This document shows positions 24,760-37,903 of a DNA stretch of 64,000 bases, piece after piece (position 1 is the first letter of the stretch; the number at the start of each line of letters is the position of its first letter). A program made the translations under genes and the position numbers. Under the pieces are notes generated by a model that made no database searches, was not told where the DNA came from, and worked only from the letters and a program-made list of their open reading frames with translations. Source of the DNA: Paraspadella gotoi (taxonomy: Eukaryota > Animalia > Chaetognatha); contig CM119264.1 of assembly GCA_051294375.1 (NCBI GenBank), positions 11,841,100 to 11,905,099 on the forward strand, given 5' to 3'.

Positions 24760-27019
24760 CTGACTGAGACGAGAGAGAGAGAGAGCAGAGAGAGGGAGAG
24801 ATAGCAGAGAGAGAGGAGAGAGAGAGAAGAGAGAGAAGAGAGAGAGAGAGAGAGAGACAGAAACGGGAAGTTGTAATTTCTTTTGATCTAATCTTGAAAC
24901 TAGTCCCGGCCGCTGGTAGCCCGGCTGCCCGAGATAGAGTGAGAGAGAAGGACAGAAAAAAAAAAAGAAAAGAGAGAGAAAGAGAGAGAGAGAGAGAGAT
25001 GAGTCAGAGAGATAGAGACTGAGTAGAAGATGACGAGAGAGAGAGAAGAGAAGAGTAGAGAGAGAAACAGAGAGAGAGAGAAAGAGAGAGAGAGAAAGTG
25101 GGGTCTCCAATGTTCATTAAAGGATAATGTTTGGAACTCCCGGTGATATCAATTCTGTTTCTTGGGGGAATTATCGCGCAGGTTACCCTTTTTTTTTTTT
25201 CCAAATTGACTTTTACTGAAGTCTCCAGGATGAAATCCGACGCGAAAAGAGTTTTTTTTTTTTTTTCTTTTTTTTTTTTTTATGTTTTCCTCTAAATTCG
25301 ATTTGGTCGCTTTGAGTAGAGATAAACAAACTTCGTTGGTTGCTTTGGGGAACGCCGTTTGCGACGTGTCGGCAGCTCGGCAAGACGGAGGCGGGACGCC
25401 GAGTGACAAGATTAGCGACACGTATGTTTTTTTGTTTTGTTTTTTAATTCCGTCACTTAATCGATTTACTTTGTTTACTTTTTTAGGTGATAATATACAA
25501 AGGTCATTCAGTAGCGGCGAGAAACGATGTTAAATTGCTTTTTCAGAGTTTAAAAATACATGGAAATTCTCCTACAGCTTGTTTTTTATCTGCTGCCATT
25601 GTGTAGTGCAAGAACTTTGATATATATGAAATGGCTACAACCAATATAAAAATGTATCCATTCATTTAATAGATATAGGCTATCTGCCCCTGACTTTGGA
25701 CAGGCTTTGGTGGTTAAGGGCCTCCATCACTCTCACAAGATAATGACATAGCAGGTCCCAGTTCGTTATTCACCCCAGAGTACCTCCATCGGGTATAATA
25801 TTCAAAAAGAAGTTTCAATTGTATGTAAAGACCACTCACTTAAGTATTGGAAGTATAAGTATAAGTAAGTATATTAGAACTTCTCTTTAGATAACAGCTA
25901 TAAGTACTCAATACATATAAACACCCTGTCCTATACTTTTACGCCTTCTTTTACCTTTTTTCCATCTCCCGTCTTCAGAAAAGACAGCAATTCAAACCTC
26001 CAATACCTTCCGCCTTCTCGGTTCTCTGTCATTTTAAAAGGTGCAAAACCTTTGTTTTTCCTCTGCCTTTCTCCTTCCATCCTCTCTCTTTTTTTCTCCG
26101 CTAAACGTCTCTCGCTTAGCGAACATCAAATACCTTTTCCGTCTTTTGTTTATTGGAGTTTGTTTTGTCTTCGTCGTCCAGGTTCTCCTTTCTTCCGCCA
26201 ACGGCGCCGCGATCTCGTCTATAAACAGGTGGAGAGGATGTACACAAAAGATGAGGGGGGAAAAAGCGGTAAAGGGAGGGAGGGAGGGAAAAATAAAACA
26301 AACTGTTAGACTGGTTTCCCGGCGGGAGGGTTGAAGAAAATGGTAAAGAAGGTGTAGAAAATTGACAGGGGAGGTGGGGAGTTTATAAACATCATTCGGG
26401 CGAACTTTTGAGAAAACTACTCGTCAATTCTTATAAATACTATCTGTCTATCATTTTTTTAAAGTTTTCTCTTCTTAGTCCCTGGTAGAAAACGGAAAAC
26501 GGCAATCTTTGAATCTGGAAGGTATTGATAAAAAGGGGAAAAAACAGGACAAACCCAAAATGGATACTGAAAGAAAAGTATAAAAAAAAGAAAAGATTCG
26601 CTACAAGCGTTAGATGGAAGAGGATGGGAGAAAAATTTATGCTAACTGAAGGAAAAAATTCTGGTTCCAAGGGATTTGATTTTTGTGAGGAAGTTCCGTA
26701 TCTCTCTTCCCGTCTCGATATTTTTTTTTTGTCTTTCGTGTCAAAATGTCAAGAAATTTAAAAGAAAAAATCCGCACCGGTTGTCGTGTTTGTTTGTTTT
26801 GGTTTAACTTCTTTAACGTTCTTAAGTTTTCAACAAACATTCTTTAGAAAAATAAAAAACTTACCCAGATTTTTCTTTTCGACGAACGCGAATATCTGAA
26901 GGGAACGTCGAGGGCGAGAGAATTTCTGAATCAACGAAAAAAAAGGGAGGCGGGAGGGAAAGCCATAGAGGGTGTGAGATTAATCGAAACCTTAATTTCA
27001 TTCTATGACGTAGAGACAG

Positions 27020-27079
<60 letters not shown>

Positions 27080-27249
27080 TAGAAGCAAAAAATAAATTTG
27101 GTTGATGTTTCATGATGCTCGTTTAAAATGTCATTGATAAAAACTTTTCAAAAAATTTTTTTTTAAAAAACCGGTATTAACAAATCTTCTATAAACGGGT
27201 CATAAAGAAACTGTGGATAAGGCGCGAAGTGAGCTGTAGACTACTATCT

Positions 27250-27478
27250 AGTAACTTCTAGGCCTCCTCGGCAGCCATGAAACGGGTCGTGGGCTTGGAA
27301 CCATGCATAGGGGTTTTCCAGACCCCCAAGGCGGTTTACGGCCGTCCTCACTCTTCCCGCAGGGTAGATACCGGTAGATACCCGGTACCTAATAATCATG
27401 AGCTTTTACTCAATAAGCAACCGGGTCATACTTATAGGTGGGGTGAACTTATGCAATACCCGACTACAAAACTATAGT
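27250..27478. mobile_element. Possible short interspersed repeat fragment in an intron
   Basis: GC-richer island with the motif order CCCGGTACC...GGGGTGAAC, reminiscent of invertebrate SINE/LINE 3' bodies. Only one copy is present in this window. Confidence 0.25.
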
Positions 27479-27739
27479 GAACTTTCATAAACAAATATAT
27501 TATTATATATTAACTAATTCGCAGTTTCCTTTAATTCCGTTTCAGATTTTTACGGATAAACAACTCGCGGAATTTCTCCCCGATTCTTTTCCGTCGCCAA
27601 AAAAAAATTTAAAAAAATGGGAACCAGTGAATGAAACCAATTTCTTTCAATCCTCAAGAAGCAATTCGTGAACAATCGGTTCTCTCTCTTTACTTCTTTA
27701 CGACCGCTCGACTCACATAAAAAAAAAAGCCTCATTCAC

Positions 27740-27872
27740 CGACTGATTCAAAGTAACGAGAGTGAAAGACCCAATTAGAGTGCGAGACACCGAGTGGGTG
27801 TCAAATCTAGAGAGGGTGCGAGGAGCCAATTTATCTTGCGGCCAACAGAGACAATCAGGCTTCATACCGGAG
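27740..27872 (-). CDS. Candidate ectodomain exon
   Basis: acgag| ... |GTGAAT; open frame SGMKPDCLCWPQDKLAPRTLSRFDTHSVSRTLIGSFTLVTLNQS. Confidence 0.45.
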
Positions 27873-28909
27873 CTCGTTTGTGAGAAGGCAATCGATCAGT
27901 CAATCAATCGACGAGGATGGCAAAGGATAACGCTTAGTTTTAGAAAAGCAAAACTTTAAATATTCATCCTAATTTTATGCTTAATCATAATGAAGTCCTC
28001 AAGAAAAGTAAACAAAGTGAAAGCGAAAGTTGGCGCATTTCAACATTAAACTTAAGCGCTGCATTGTAACTCAGCAAAGAAAAAAAATGAAGACAATGAA
28101 GGTGCGAGTCTAAAGCGGCGCGCGACGAAGAGCGCGAAACCCAACGAGCCTGATGGACCTGGAGATAGTGAGAGATGGAGAGATAGAGAGAGAGACGGAG
28201 AATGAGAGAATGAAGGTGATGGAGTGAGACAGAGTGCGGGAGAAAGTGCGAGGTCGAAACCGCGCGCTTGGTGTTTCTTTTGTTTCTCTCCCCATATCTT
28301 TTCTCTCCCCTCTCCCTGCTCTCTTCTCTCTTCTCTCTTCATTCTCTCCTCTCTCTCATTTCTCTCTTCCCTCTCTTCTCTCCTCTCTCCCGCTCTCGCT
28401 CTCGCCTACTGCGCTCTGNNNNNNNNNNNNNNNNNNNNNNNNNNNNNNNNNNNNNNNNNNNNNNNNNNNNNNNNNNAAAAAAAAACCATTTGTTTCAAAG
28501 AGCGCAACGGTGGCCATCCCTGTCACCTCGGGTTGATAAGTGTCCCGACTAAGTGGATCCAGGGGACATCCGCTCCAGCACCGGACACGCGTACAACCTT
28601 TGTCCGGACTCCATCCCTCCCCCGCTATCCCTCACCCGCTGAAGTCATTCGATGGGTTCGAGAACATTTTTCATCCTTCATCGAATCTCGCCGACGTTTG
28701 TCTTTCGTTTATTAACGAATCGACGGATGAGCGGGAAAANNNNNNNNNNNNNNNNNNNNNNNNNNNNNNNNNNNNNNNNNNNNNNNNNNNNNNNNNNNNN
28801 NNNNNNNNNNNNNNNNNNNNNNNNNNNNNNNNNNNNNNNNNNNNNNNNNNNNNNNNNNNNNNNNNNNNNNNNNNNNNNNNNNNNNNNNNNNNNNNNNNNN
28901 NNNNNNNNN

Positions 28910-28943
<34 letters not shown>

Positions 28944-29308
28944 AAAAAACGAGGTCGTTTCCTTCGCCAAAGGAGAAACAAAAGGGAATCACTTCCTCGT
29001 TAAAAATGCGATGGAGTTTTTTTTCCTCTTCTCCTTTCATGACGGTTTATGGCTTAAATCGAAGATTTTTTTTCTTTCTTTCTCTTTTTCTTACTTTTTC
29101 TTTTCTTTTCCACACTTTCCTTTTCTTTTTCTCTTTCCATGACGTTTTCTTCCTTCCAATGAAGAAGCAAAAAATATTTTTTATATCAGCGAAGAAAACG
29201 AAAATCTTTTTTTAGCGTAAAATGTCACTTTATAATCTTTAAAAAATCTGCCAACGATACGTCAATTTCCTTAAATATGGTGGGGATAGTCTTAGTCTTC
29301 CTTTTTAT

Positions 29309-29340
<32 letters not shown>

Positions 29341-29708
29341 NNNNNNNNNNNNNNNNNNNNNNNNNNNNNNNNNNNNNNNNNNNNNNNNNNNNNNNNNNNN
29401 NNNNNNNNNNNNNNNNNNNNNNNNNNNNNNNNNNNNNNNNNNNNNNNNNNNNNNNNNNNNNNNNNNNNNNNNNNNNNNNNNNNNNGGTAGAGCATTCTAA
29501 GCAATCAATCAATATAAAGTATCATCCTACGGGCTCCCTTTTATTCTTGTTAAAAATATAAAATGTGAANNNNNNNNNNNNNNNNNNNNNNNNNNNNNNN
29601 NNNNNNNNNNNNNNNNNNNNNNNNNNNNNNNNNNNNNNNNNNNNNNNNNNNNNNNNNNNNNNNNNNNNNNNNNNNNNNNNNNNNNNNNNNNNNNNNNNNN
29701 NNNNNNNN

Positions 29709-29740
<32 letters not shown>

Positions 29741-30215
29741 CTTTGCCGCGCGGTTTGGTCGAGGCTTTTTCCCTCGCGTTCCCGGATGGAATCGATATTC
29801 CCCCATTGTTTCCATGGCAACCCCACCTCTAGCCACGCCTCTCCTCATTAACTTCATTGTTCTGTGGAGTTTTTTTTCTTGTCGTTTTTCGCGTCATTGT
29901 TGCGAGGCTGACGAGAACACCATTACGATTAGCACCGTCTTTCGCCCAAATGACTGCTGCTTACCTTCAGAACCTGACTAACCCTACCTTAATTCGCCCT
30001 AACATTTTCGACCTTACCAAAACTCGGTGACAGATCGGCGAGGCCAAAGGGACAGAACCGATGGAACAAAGGAAATGTAGAAGAAAATGGATTAGAAAGA
30101 TCGCGATGGAAAGATCAGAGCGGATGGAGAAGACAGATTTTAAAGCAAGTATTGGGCATTTAATAATTAATATGCTTTATATAATTCCGAGAATATTACA
30201 AAACTTTCATACAAC

Positions 30216-30328
30216 TTTGTTAAAAAGCTTATTTGAGCGCAAGCGGCACTTTTTTCATCGAAGCCCCCTTGCTGCGGCTCCTGAAGCAGCGGACTCAAAC
30301 ACACGCACAAAACTTGTCTCTTTTGCTG
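30216..30328 (-). CDS. Candidate FN3-like F/G-strand exon
   Basis: QQKRQVLCVCLSPLLQEPQQGGFDEKSAACAQISFLT cf. FN3 YxxCVxA...SxxCxxxxT; AG/GT boundaries present. Confidence 0.35.
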
Positions 30329-30834
30329 CTTCCAACGTCGTTTTATGTTTAAAAAAAACATACTTTGAGATCATTACATCTAGATCTCGAGAAAAGGTCA
30401 TGGTTGAATAGAGAGTTATCGAATCCTCTCCTTTCGCGAATGGCGACCAAAAAGGTCAACAGTTAGAATCAAGGACGCAAGATTTGTCCGCGGATTCGAG
30501 AAAAGCGGAAATCCGGGTTGGAGGGAGGTGAGAGGGAAAAGCCCGGATGTAAGAGGGAAGAGAGAAAAGTTTTTTTTCCGCCGATAGGAGCAGGGATTAA
30601 GGAGCGGGGTCCTGACCGAAGGAGACGGTGTCGCGAAGGAGCAAAGACAACCTCATTATTCATTCCGAGCAAAGGTTTCCTCGTCTCTTCTGACCCTTTT
30701 TACGCGCGGACGCGTCTAGGTGCGAACGCGCGCGACACTCTCTTCTCTCAAATCGTGACATTCCCTTCGTTGCCCATTTATTTCGCTTCCCAAGGAATGC
30801 CTATGGAAAAGAGTATACTGATACAGATACAGTA

Positions 30835-31002
30835 ATTATTATATATATTAATTATTATATTATACAAGCAGTCCCTGAGCTTCGAATCAGGCTTACAGGA
30901 GGGTTAAGCGCCCCGTACCTCTTTGACTGCCAGACGACCACCGGCTAGAACCCCGGACTTATTGGGTTGGGAGGCGAATGACTTGCCTCCGGCAATGGCG
31001 GC
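30835..31002 (-). mobile_element. tRNA-derived SINE-like element (mirror copy at 32211-32395)
   Basis: Minus strand GCCGCCATTGCCGGAGGCAAG (A-box-like) ... GTCCGGGGTTCTAGCC (B-box-like) at tRNA-like spacing, then a ~90-nt body and an AT-rich simple tail. Confidence 0.45.
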
Positions 31003-31625
31003 TGATGAACGGTTGGTGGATTTTAGTCCATCATAATACGTTTATACTTGTTGCAGAAATTACAATCATCACCAAGATATTTCTTTTATTCAGGTGCCGC
31101 TCAGGAGGCAATAACCGGACAGTTTTTAAATCGCTCAATAAATTGATCATGAAAATAAATATTATCAATTTTAATGAAGTTTTTAAAACCTCATAGTGGA
31201 GTGCAGTACAAAAAAAAAGATATTTAATGATTTTCCATACATATATTTCGAGATGTTTAAAAATTGAATTATATTTTTCCTTTTTATTCTTATTTTTTCC
31301 TCCGGTTTTTTTTTCAGTTCGTTTTTTTTAAATTTCATTTATTCCCTTCCCGCGCTCGGAGACATGGTCTCCCCCCCGCTCCCGTTGATTGTTTTTTAAC
31401 AAGGGACCCCGTAAAGCGTGAGGGGGGGTGGGAATGCATGGGGTGGGAGAGGGAGGGGGAGACGGTGAGCGTCACCGTCATCAGAGTCCTCGCGTCTTTA
31501 AAAATCAATTGACCCGCCATCGTTTGTGACGACCTCGCCACGCCTACTCTCTCTCTCTCTCTCAAAAAAGGACGTGAAAGGGCGAGAAAGAGAGAGAGGA
31601 GAAGGAGAGAGAGAGAGAGAGAGAG

Positions 31626-31665
<40 letters not shown>

Positions 31666-33549
31666 GCGTGCGGAGGTCGTCACAAAATGGCGGGTCAATG
31701 ATTTTTAAAGACGCGAGGACTCTGATGACGGTGACGCTCACCGTCTCCCCCTCCCTCTCCCACCCCATGCAGTTCCCACCCCCGCCTCAACGCTTTTACG
31801 GGGTCCCTTGTTAAAAACAATCAACGGGAGCGGGGGAGACATGTCTCCGAGCGCGGGAAGGGAAATAAATGAAATTAAAAAAAAACGAACTGAAAAAAAA
31901 AACCCAGGAGGACAAAAAATAAGAATAAAAGGAAAAATAAAATTCATTTTTAGAAAACATCTCGAAATATATGTATGGAATAACCATTAAATTTTTTTTT
32001 GTACTGCACTCCACTATGAGTTTTAAAACTTCATAAAATCTGATAAATTTTATTTTCATTGATCCAATTTATTGAGCGGATTTAAAAACTGTCCGGCTTA
32101 TTGCCTCCTGAGCGGACCTGAATAAAAGAAATAATCTTGTGATGATGGTAATTCTGCAACAAGTATAAAACGTATTATGATGGACTAAAATCCACCAACC
32201 GTTTCAATCAGCCGCCATTGGTGCGGAGGCAAGTCATTCGCCTCGCCAACCCAATAAGTCCGGGGTTCTAGCCGCGGTGGTCGTCTGGCAGTACGAAGGT
32301 ACGGGGCGCTAACCTCTGTAACAATGGTGTTACAGCCTGATCCGAAGTTCAGGGGACTGGCTTGTATAATTAATAATTAATATATATAATAATTACTGAT
32401 CTGATAATCAGTGATACTCTTTCCATAGGCAATTCCCTTGGGAGCGAAATCAAATGGGCAACCGAAGGAATGTCTAACGATTTGAGAGAAGAGATCGATC
32501 GCGCGCGTTCGCACCTAGACGCGTCCCGCGCGTAAAAAGGGCAGAAGAGACGAGGAAACCTTTGGCTCGGAAATGAATAATGAGGTTGTCTTGCTCCTTC
32601 GCGAACAAACCGTCTCCTTCGTCAGGACCCGCTCCTTTAATCCCTGCCTCTCTATCGGCGAAAAAAAACTTTCTCTCTTCTCTCTTACATCCGGGCTTTC
32701 CCTCTCACGAGACCTCCTCCATACCCGGATTTCCGCTTTTCTCGATCGCGGCGGACAAATCTTTGCCGTCCCTTGGATTCTTAACTGTTGACCTTTTTGG
32801 TTCGCCATTCGCCGAAAGGAGAGGATTCGATAAACTCTCTATTCAACCATGACGCTTTTTCTCGCAGATCCTAGATGTAATGATCTCAAAAGTTATGTTT
32901 TTTTTAACATTAAAACGAACGTTGGCGAAGCAGCAAAGAGACAAGTTTTGTGCCGTGTGTTTGAGTCCGCTAGCTTCGGAGCGAGCCGCAGCATAGGGGG
33001 GCTTCGATGAAAAAAAGTGCGCTTGCGCTTCAAATAAGCTTTTTAACAAAGTTGTAGTGAAAAGGTTTGTAATTATTTCTCGGAATATTATAAGCATATT
33101 AATTATTAATATGCCCATACTTGCGTTTAAAATCTAGATCTTCTCCATCCCTCTGATCTTTCCATCGCGATCTTTCTAAATCCATTTTCCTTCTACATTT
33201 CCTTTGTTGCCAGCGGTTTCTGTCCCTTTGGCCTCGCCGATCTGTCACCGAGTTTTGGTAAGGTTCGAAAATGTTAGGGCGAATTAAGGTAGGGTTAGTC
33301 GGTTCTGAAGTAAGCAGCAGTCAAAATTTTGGGGGCCAAAGAGTGCTAATCGCTATGGTGGTTTCTCGTCAGCCACTCGCACAGACGCGAAAAACGACAA
33401 GAAAAAAACTCCACAGAACAATGAAGTAATGAGAGAGGCGTGGCTAGAGGTGGGTTGCCATGGAAACAATTGGGGAATATCGATTCCATCCGGAACGCGA
33501 GGGAAAAAGCCTCGGGACCAACCGGCGAGCGGCAAAGAGCTCCATCTCT

Positions 33550-33608
<59 letters not shown>

Positions 33609-33821
33609 GCTCTCTCTCTCTCTCACGTGCTTCTGTCTCACCTCTCTTGCTCCCTCTTGTTTCTCTCCGTGGATTTCACATTTTATATTTAACCAAGAAT
33701 GAAATAGGGAGCCCCGATAGGATGATACTTTTATATGGATTGATTGCTTAGAAATGCTCTACCTTTTTAGTGATCAAAAAATGGTGGGATTGACAGTTAA
33801 AAAATAAGAAAGAGAGAGATC

Positions 33822-33853
<32 letters not shown>

Positions 33854-34092
33854 TAAAATAAAAGAAGACTAAGACTATCCCCACCATATTTAAGGAATTG
33901 ACGTATCTGTTGGCAAGAATTTTTAAAAGATTATAAAGTGGACATTTTACGCAAAAAAAATTTTCCGTTTTCTCGCTGCATATAAAATTTTTTGCTTCTT
34001 ATTGAAAAGGAAGAAAAAACGTCCATGGAAAGAGCCTACTCAATACTGCGATCATCCTCTCTCTGGGNNNNNNNNNNNNNNNNNNNNNNNNN

Positions 34093-34315
34093 CCTTCCGC
34101 AAGCCGGCGCGTCCTTCCGACGGCGTCCTTCAGCCGGGGTCTTTGAACGGCGTCGATGACGAAGAGACGTGACTGAAGTACGAATTCGGCGTCGAAATAA
34201 AACAATGGGCGCCGGCGACGCCGATAACGCCGCGTGGAACTGAATGCTGACGTCAGTGCCGACGCTGACAAAACCGACGATGACGACGACGACGACGACG
34301 TCAAAAAAGATTTGA
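34093..34315 (-). CDS. Ectodomain exon, 3' end lost in a gap
   Basis: ctccag| acceptor; KSFLTSSSSSSSSVLSASALTSAFSSTRRYRRRRRPLFYFDAEFVLQSRLFVIDAVQRPRLKDAVG; GC-rich. Confidence 0.5.
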
Positions 34316-36524
34316 CTGGAGTTAATCCATAAAATGATTTTTCGTGAGATTTATGTAATTTGAATCTTTCTCTCGCAGCTGTGGACCCCGGGTTTAATTT
34401 GGTCTTTCTCCGTCTGCGTTTCCTCTACGCACTCCATTTTTTTAATCCCTTTTTTTTTTTAGTAACGGGCACAGCAGTGACTCTATGAGAAACTTTTCTC
34501 TCTGTCTTGACTGTCTGAATTGATTCAAATATAGTAATAGTATTTAAAAAAAAAAGAAAGAAACAAGAGTACTCAAAGATGATATAAGCGATTGAAGCAA
34601 ATTTTCGTGACACTAGTTCAGTCGATAAGGGGATTTTGGTGTTTTTGTTTTTTTTTTGTTTTTTTTCTTGATATTGACGAGTTTAGGTTCCTCCCATTTT
34701 TTTATTTTCACTTACTACTTTTTTTCTGTTTCTTCACATCCGTCAAAAAAAGTTTGTTTTTTTTTCATCTCCATCACAGCTCATGACAGAATTATCTGTA
34801 CTCGGTCCCAGGTGCGTCCAGCTTTTTCTTACTAATTAAGTCTCATTTCACGCTCTCGTTCGTACGGCTCTCTCTCTCTCTCCTCTCTCTCTCCTCTCTC
34901 TCTCTCTCTTCTCCTCTCATCTCTCTCTCTCTCTCTTCTCTCAAACGTAAAAGCTGAAAACAAATGGACTACAATATAAAAAAGTTTTTTTCTTATTGCA
35001 TTTAACTTATATTTTTCGGTATTTGTCACCTTTGTTGGGTGGCTGATTAAACATCATTGTTATTGTTATTATTGTTATTATTAATATTATTGTTATTATT
35101 TCCTTCCGTTTTATTTCAAAAAAAGTTATAATTATATATTTGTTTCAAAAATCAGTAACAGCTTGGAAGTAGAGAAAATGATGTTTAGCTTGGAGATAAT
35201 AAAAATAGAGGCCAACAAATGCTTCGAGAAAGAAGAAAGAAGATTGAAAAAAGCTAAAAATTATAAGGGGCTCCCGCGAGCAACTTTGATTCTCAAAACT
35301 TGAAATGCTCTTAAAGCAGACATAATAATTTTTGGGCGGCATTTTTATTCCAAGAATTCTCGAGATGCTTCAAGCTTTAACTGGTTTTCCGGAAAAAGGA
35401 TAACAGTGGGTTGGCAAAAAAGGGAGATGCAAGGACAAGTAGGATAAGAGTGTTAAAGCGAAAAGGTACGGAGGAACGAAGTAAAAGAATAAAATGACCT
35501 CGAAAGTCGAAAGGATAATCGAAGAAAGACTCTCAAGACCTTGATGTCAATGACAATACTATTGTACGAGGCTTTGGAGAAAGTTCCAAGACTATTAACC
35601 TCCAATTACTATACTACTACAAACAAAAATGTAAAGAATTTTATTTTACTTGTGTGTACGACTGTACGTATTGTTTTTCTCTCCATCGAAACATGCGTTC
35701 GATTTTCTCTCAACGTCATTGGGATTTTTTTTCCTGCGAGCGGTTTTGGAGAAGCTTCAAAGGGGCACAAAGGGGCACAAAGGGGGTCTCCAGAGGGAAA
35801 CAAAGCGGGCAAAGGGGCGCCAATGAGTTCAAAGTGCCTCCAGGGGGGGGCGCGTTCGCTAAAAGGGCGAGGAACCGGGAAAGAGAGGGCGAAGGAGGGG
35901 GGGAAAAGAGAATGCGAGGCGCGATAAAAATTCGCTTCCTCCAAACAAAACAAGAAAGAAGAGACGAGTGGGGGCGGGCTTGGGGGGGAGGAGTCTGGGA
36001 AGGAAAGAAGAAGAAATAAAAATTGGATGAAAAAGCTAAAAGCGTCCGTCGTGAGTGAATAAAAAAATAAAAACCAAAAAAAAAAGAAAAATACAATTTA
36101 AAAATAAAACAACCTCGCACAGAAAATGGAGGCCGAACGAAATCGAAAAATCCTCTTTTCTTATTTATTGTATTTACGTCTGAAATGATGAAAAAATGTA
36201 AAAAATAAAAAAACAAACAAGAAAGGATAAAAGGCTCTCTCGTTCGTTTGTACAGTATTTTTTTGGAATGTACTAAAGAAAGAACTCGACCCTAAACGCA
36301 ACCTTTACCTTGCCCCCAAAATCCACCCAAAACCACTTGGGGCCCCCTTTAAAGAATTCGGCCTCTTCTGGAGGCCAACCCGTTAACAGAATCAGAGACA
36401 GTCGTGTCTCGAGCAAAAACACTTTGATTAAACTCTCTCGAAAAGCGCAAAAAATATAGAAAAACATTGCGCCTCGTGTCTGTCTGTCTCTCTCTCTCAC
36501 TTTCTTTCATTCTCTCTGTCTCTG

Positions 36525-36610
<86 letters not shown>

Positions 36611-37776
36611 TTTTTCCATTTCTTTCCCACGTCCTTATCATCCGCCGCTTCCAAACTTTGGCGCCATCTTCGTCTTCTACTTTTTCTTTATTCTCTTTCT
36701 CTTCTCTATCGACTTCGTCGAAGAAAAATGCCGCACCTTTCGACAGCAGCCTCTTTTTTTAGATTCGAGAATCTTTACTCACCCATCCACGAATCCACTC
36801 ACTGGGCCCTTACCCTTAACTCACTCTGGTCTATCTCTTCCTATCACCCATCCTTTCTCAAGCCACGGCGATACCTCGCCACGACGGGATCGTACCCTTC
36901 TCGCCAATAACCTCCCATCGTTAAATCGTGCTATTTCTCTCTCTCTCTCTCTCTCTGTTCTCACCCTCATAACCTTTAACCTTTCGCGCTTACCCTCCTA
37001 GATTCTCTTCGCCTTTCACGTTTATAACTTTTTTTGGTGAAAAAGAAACACGAAAATCACTTTGAGACAGTCGATGGCTCTTTCCCTTTCAACGTTCGAG
37101 GCGCTGACAGAACAGACTTCTTCGTTTTTACACGTAGATATATATCCTCCTAAAATAGAGCGACCTAAACCTTTTTTCTACGCTGCCTCTCTCTCCCCTC
37201 CCCGCACGCCCTCTTCTTTGATTTCTCCCTTACCCCCCTTTCTCTTCCTCACGGAGCCAAGCCGCGCCGAGAAACGGTGGCGCTTTGTTCATCGTCTTCC
37301 TGACCGCGGGAGGCCGTCCGGCCTCTTTCTTCTTTTCGGCGTCGATTCTACCCGATTTTTTTATCGGTTTGTTTTTATTTTTTTGCGTTTATTTTTTGTA
37401 ACACTATATTTTTTAAAGATAGTTCTACTTTTAATTTTTATTTCATTTTACTTTATTTTTTACATATTCCGGTCACTTTCTAGAAAAAACATAAAACTAT
37501 TTCGAATGGAAAACTAAATCGATATATAGTAGCTAAAAATAAACGAGACGTTGTTTGCCTTCGAGAAACATGTTTTGTTGAGTTCTTTCGCTTGTTAATT
37601 GAGCGTGGGCGTGGCTTTGTTAGCCTTTTTTTTTCTAACATATTCATATTGCTACCTTTTCGTTGGTTTTCCTCAAATTACGGACGGCAGGCGGAACATA
37701 AAAAATGGAAAGACCAGATTATAGAGACCAAAGAAAAAAAGTTGAGATAGGAAAAAAAAAGGGAGAGAGGAGAGAG

Positions 37777-37856
<80 letters not shown>

Positions 37857-37865
37857 GAGAGAGAA

Positions 37866-37903
<38 letters not shown>

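Larger units (their letters stand above)
29131..34034. repeat. Inverted duplication (~29131-31560 vs ~31600-34034) with an adapter-like centre; fold-back artefact
   Basis: Continuous reverse-complement identity with indel noise in the right arm; ends next to a 25-N gap. Confidence 0.95.
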
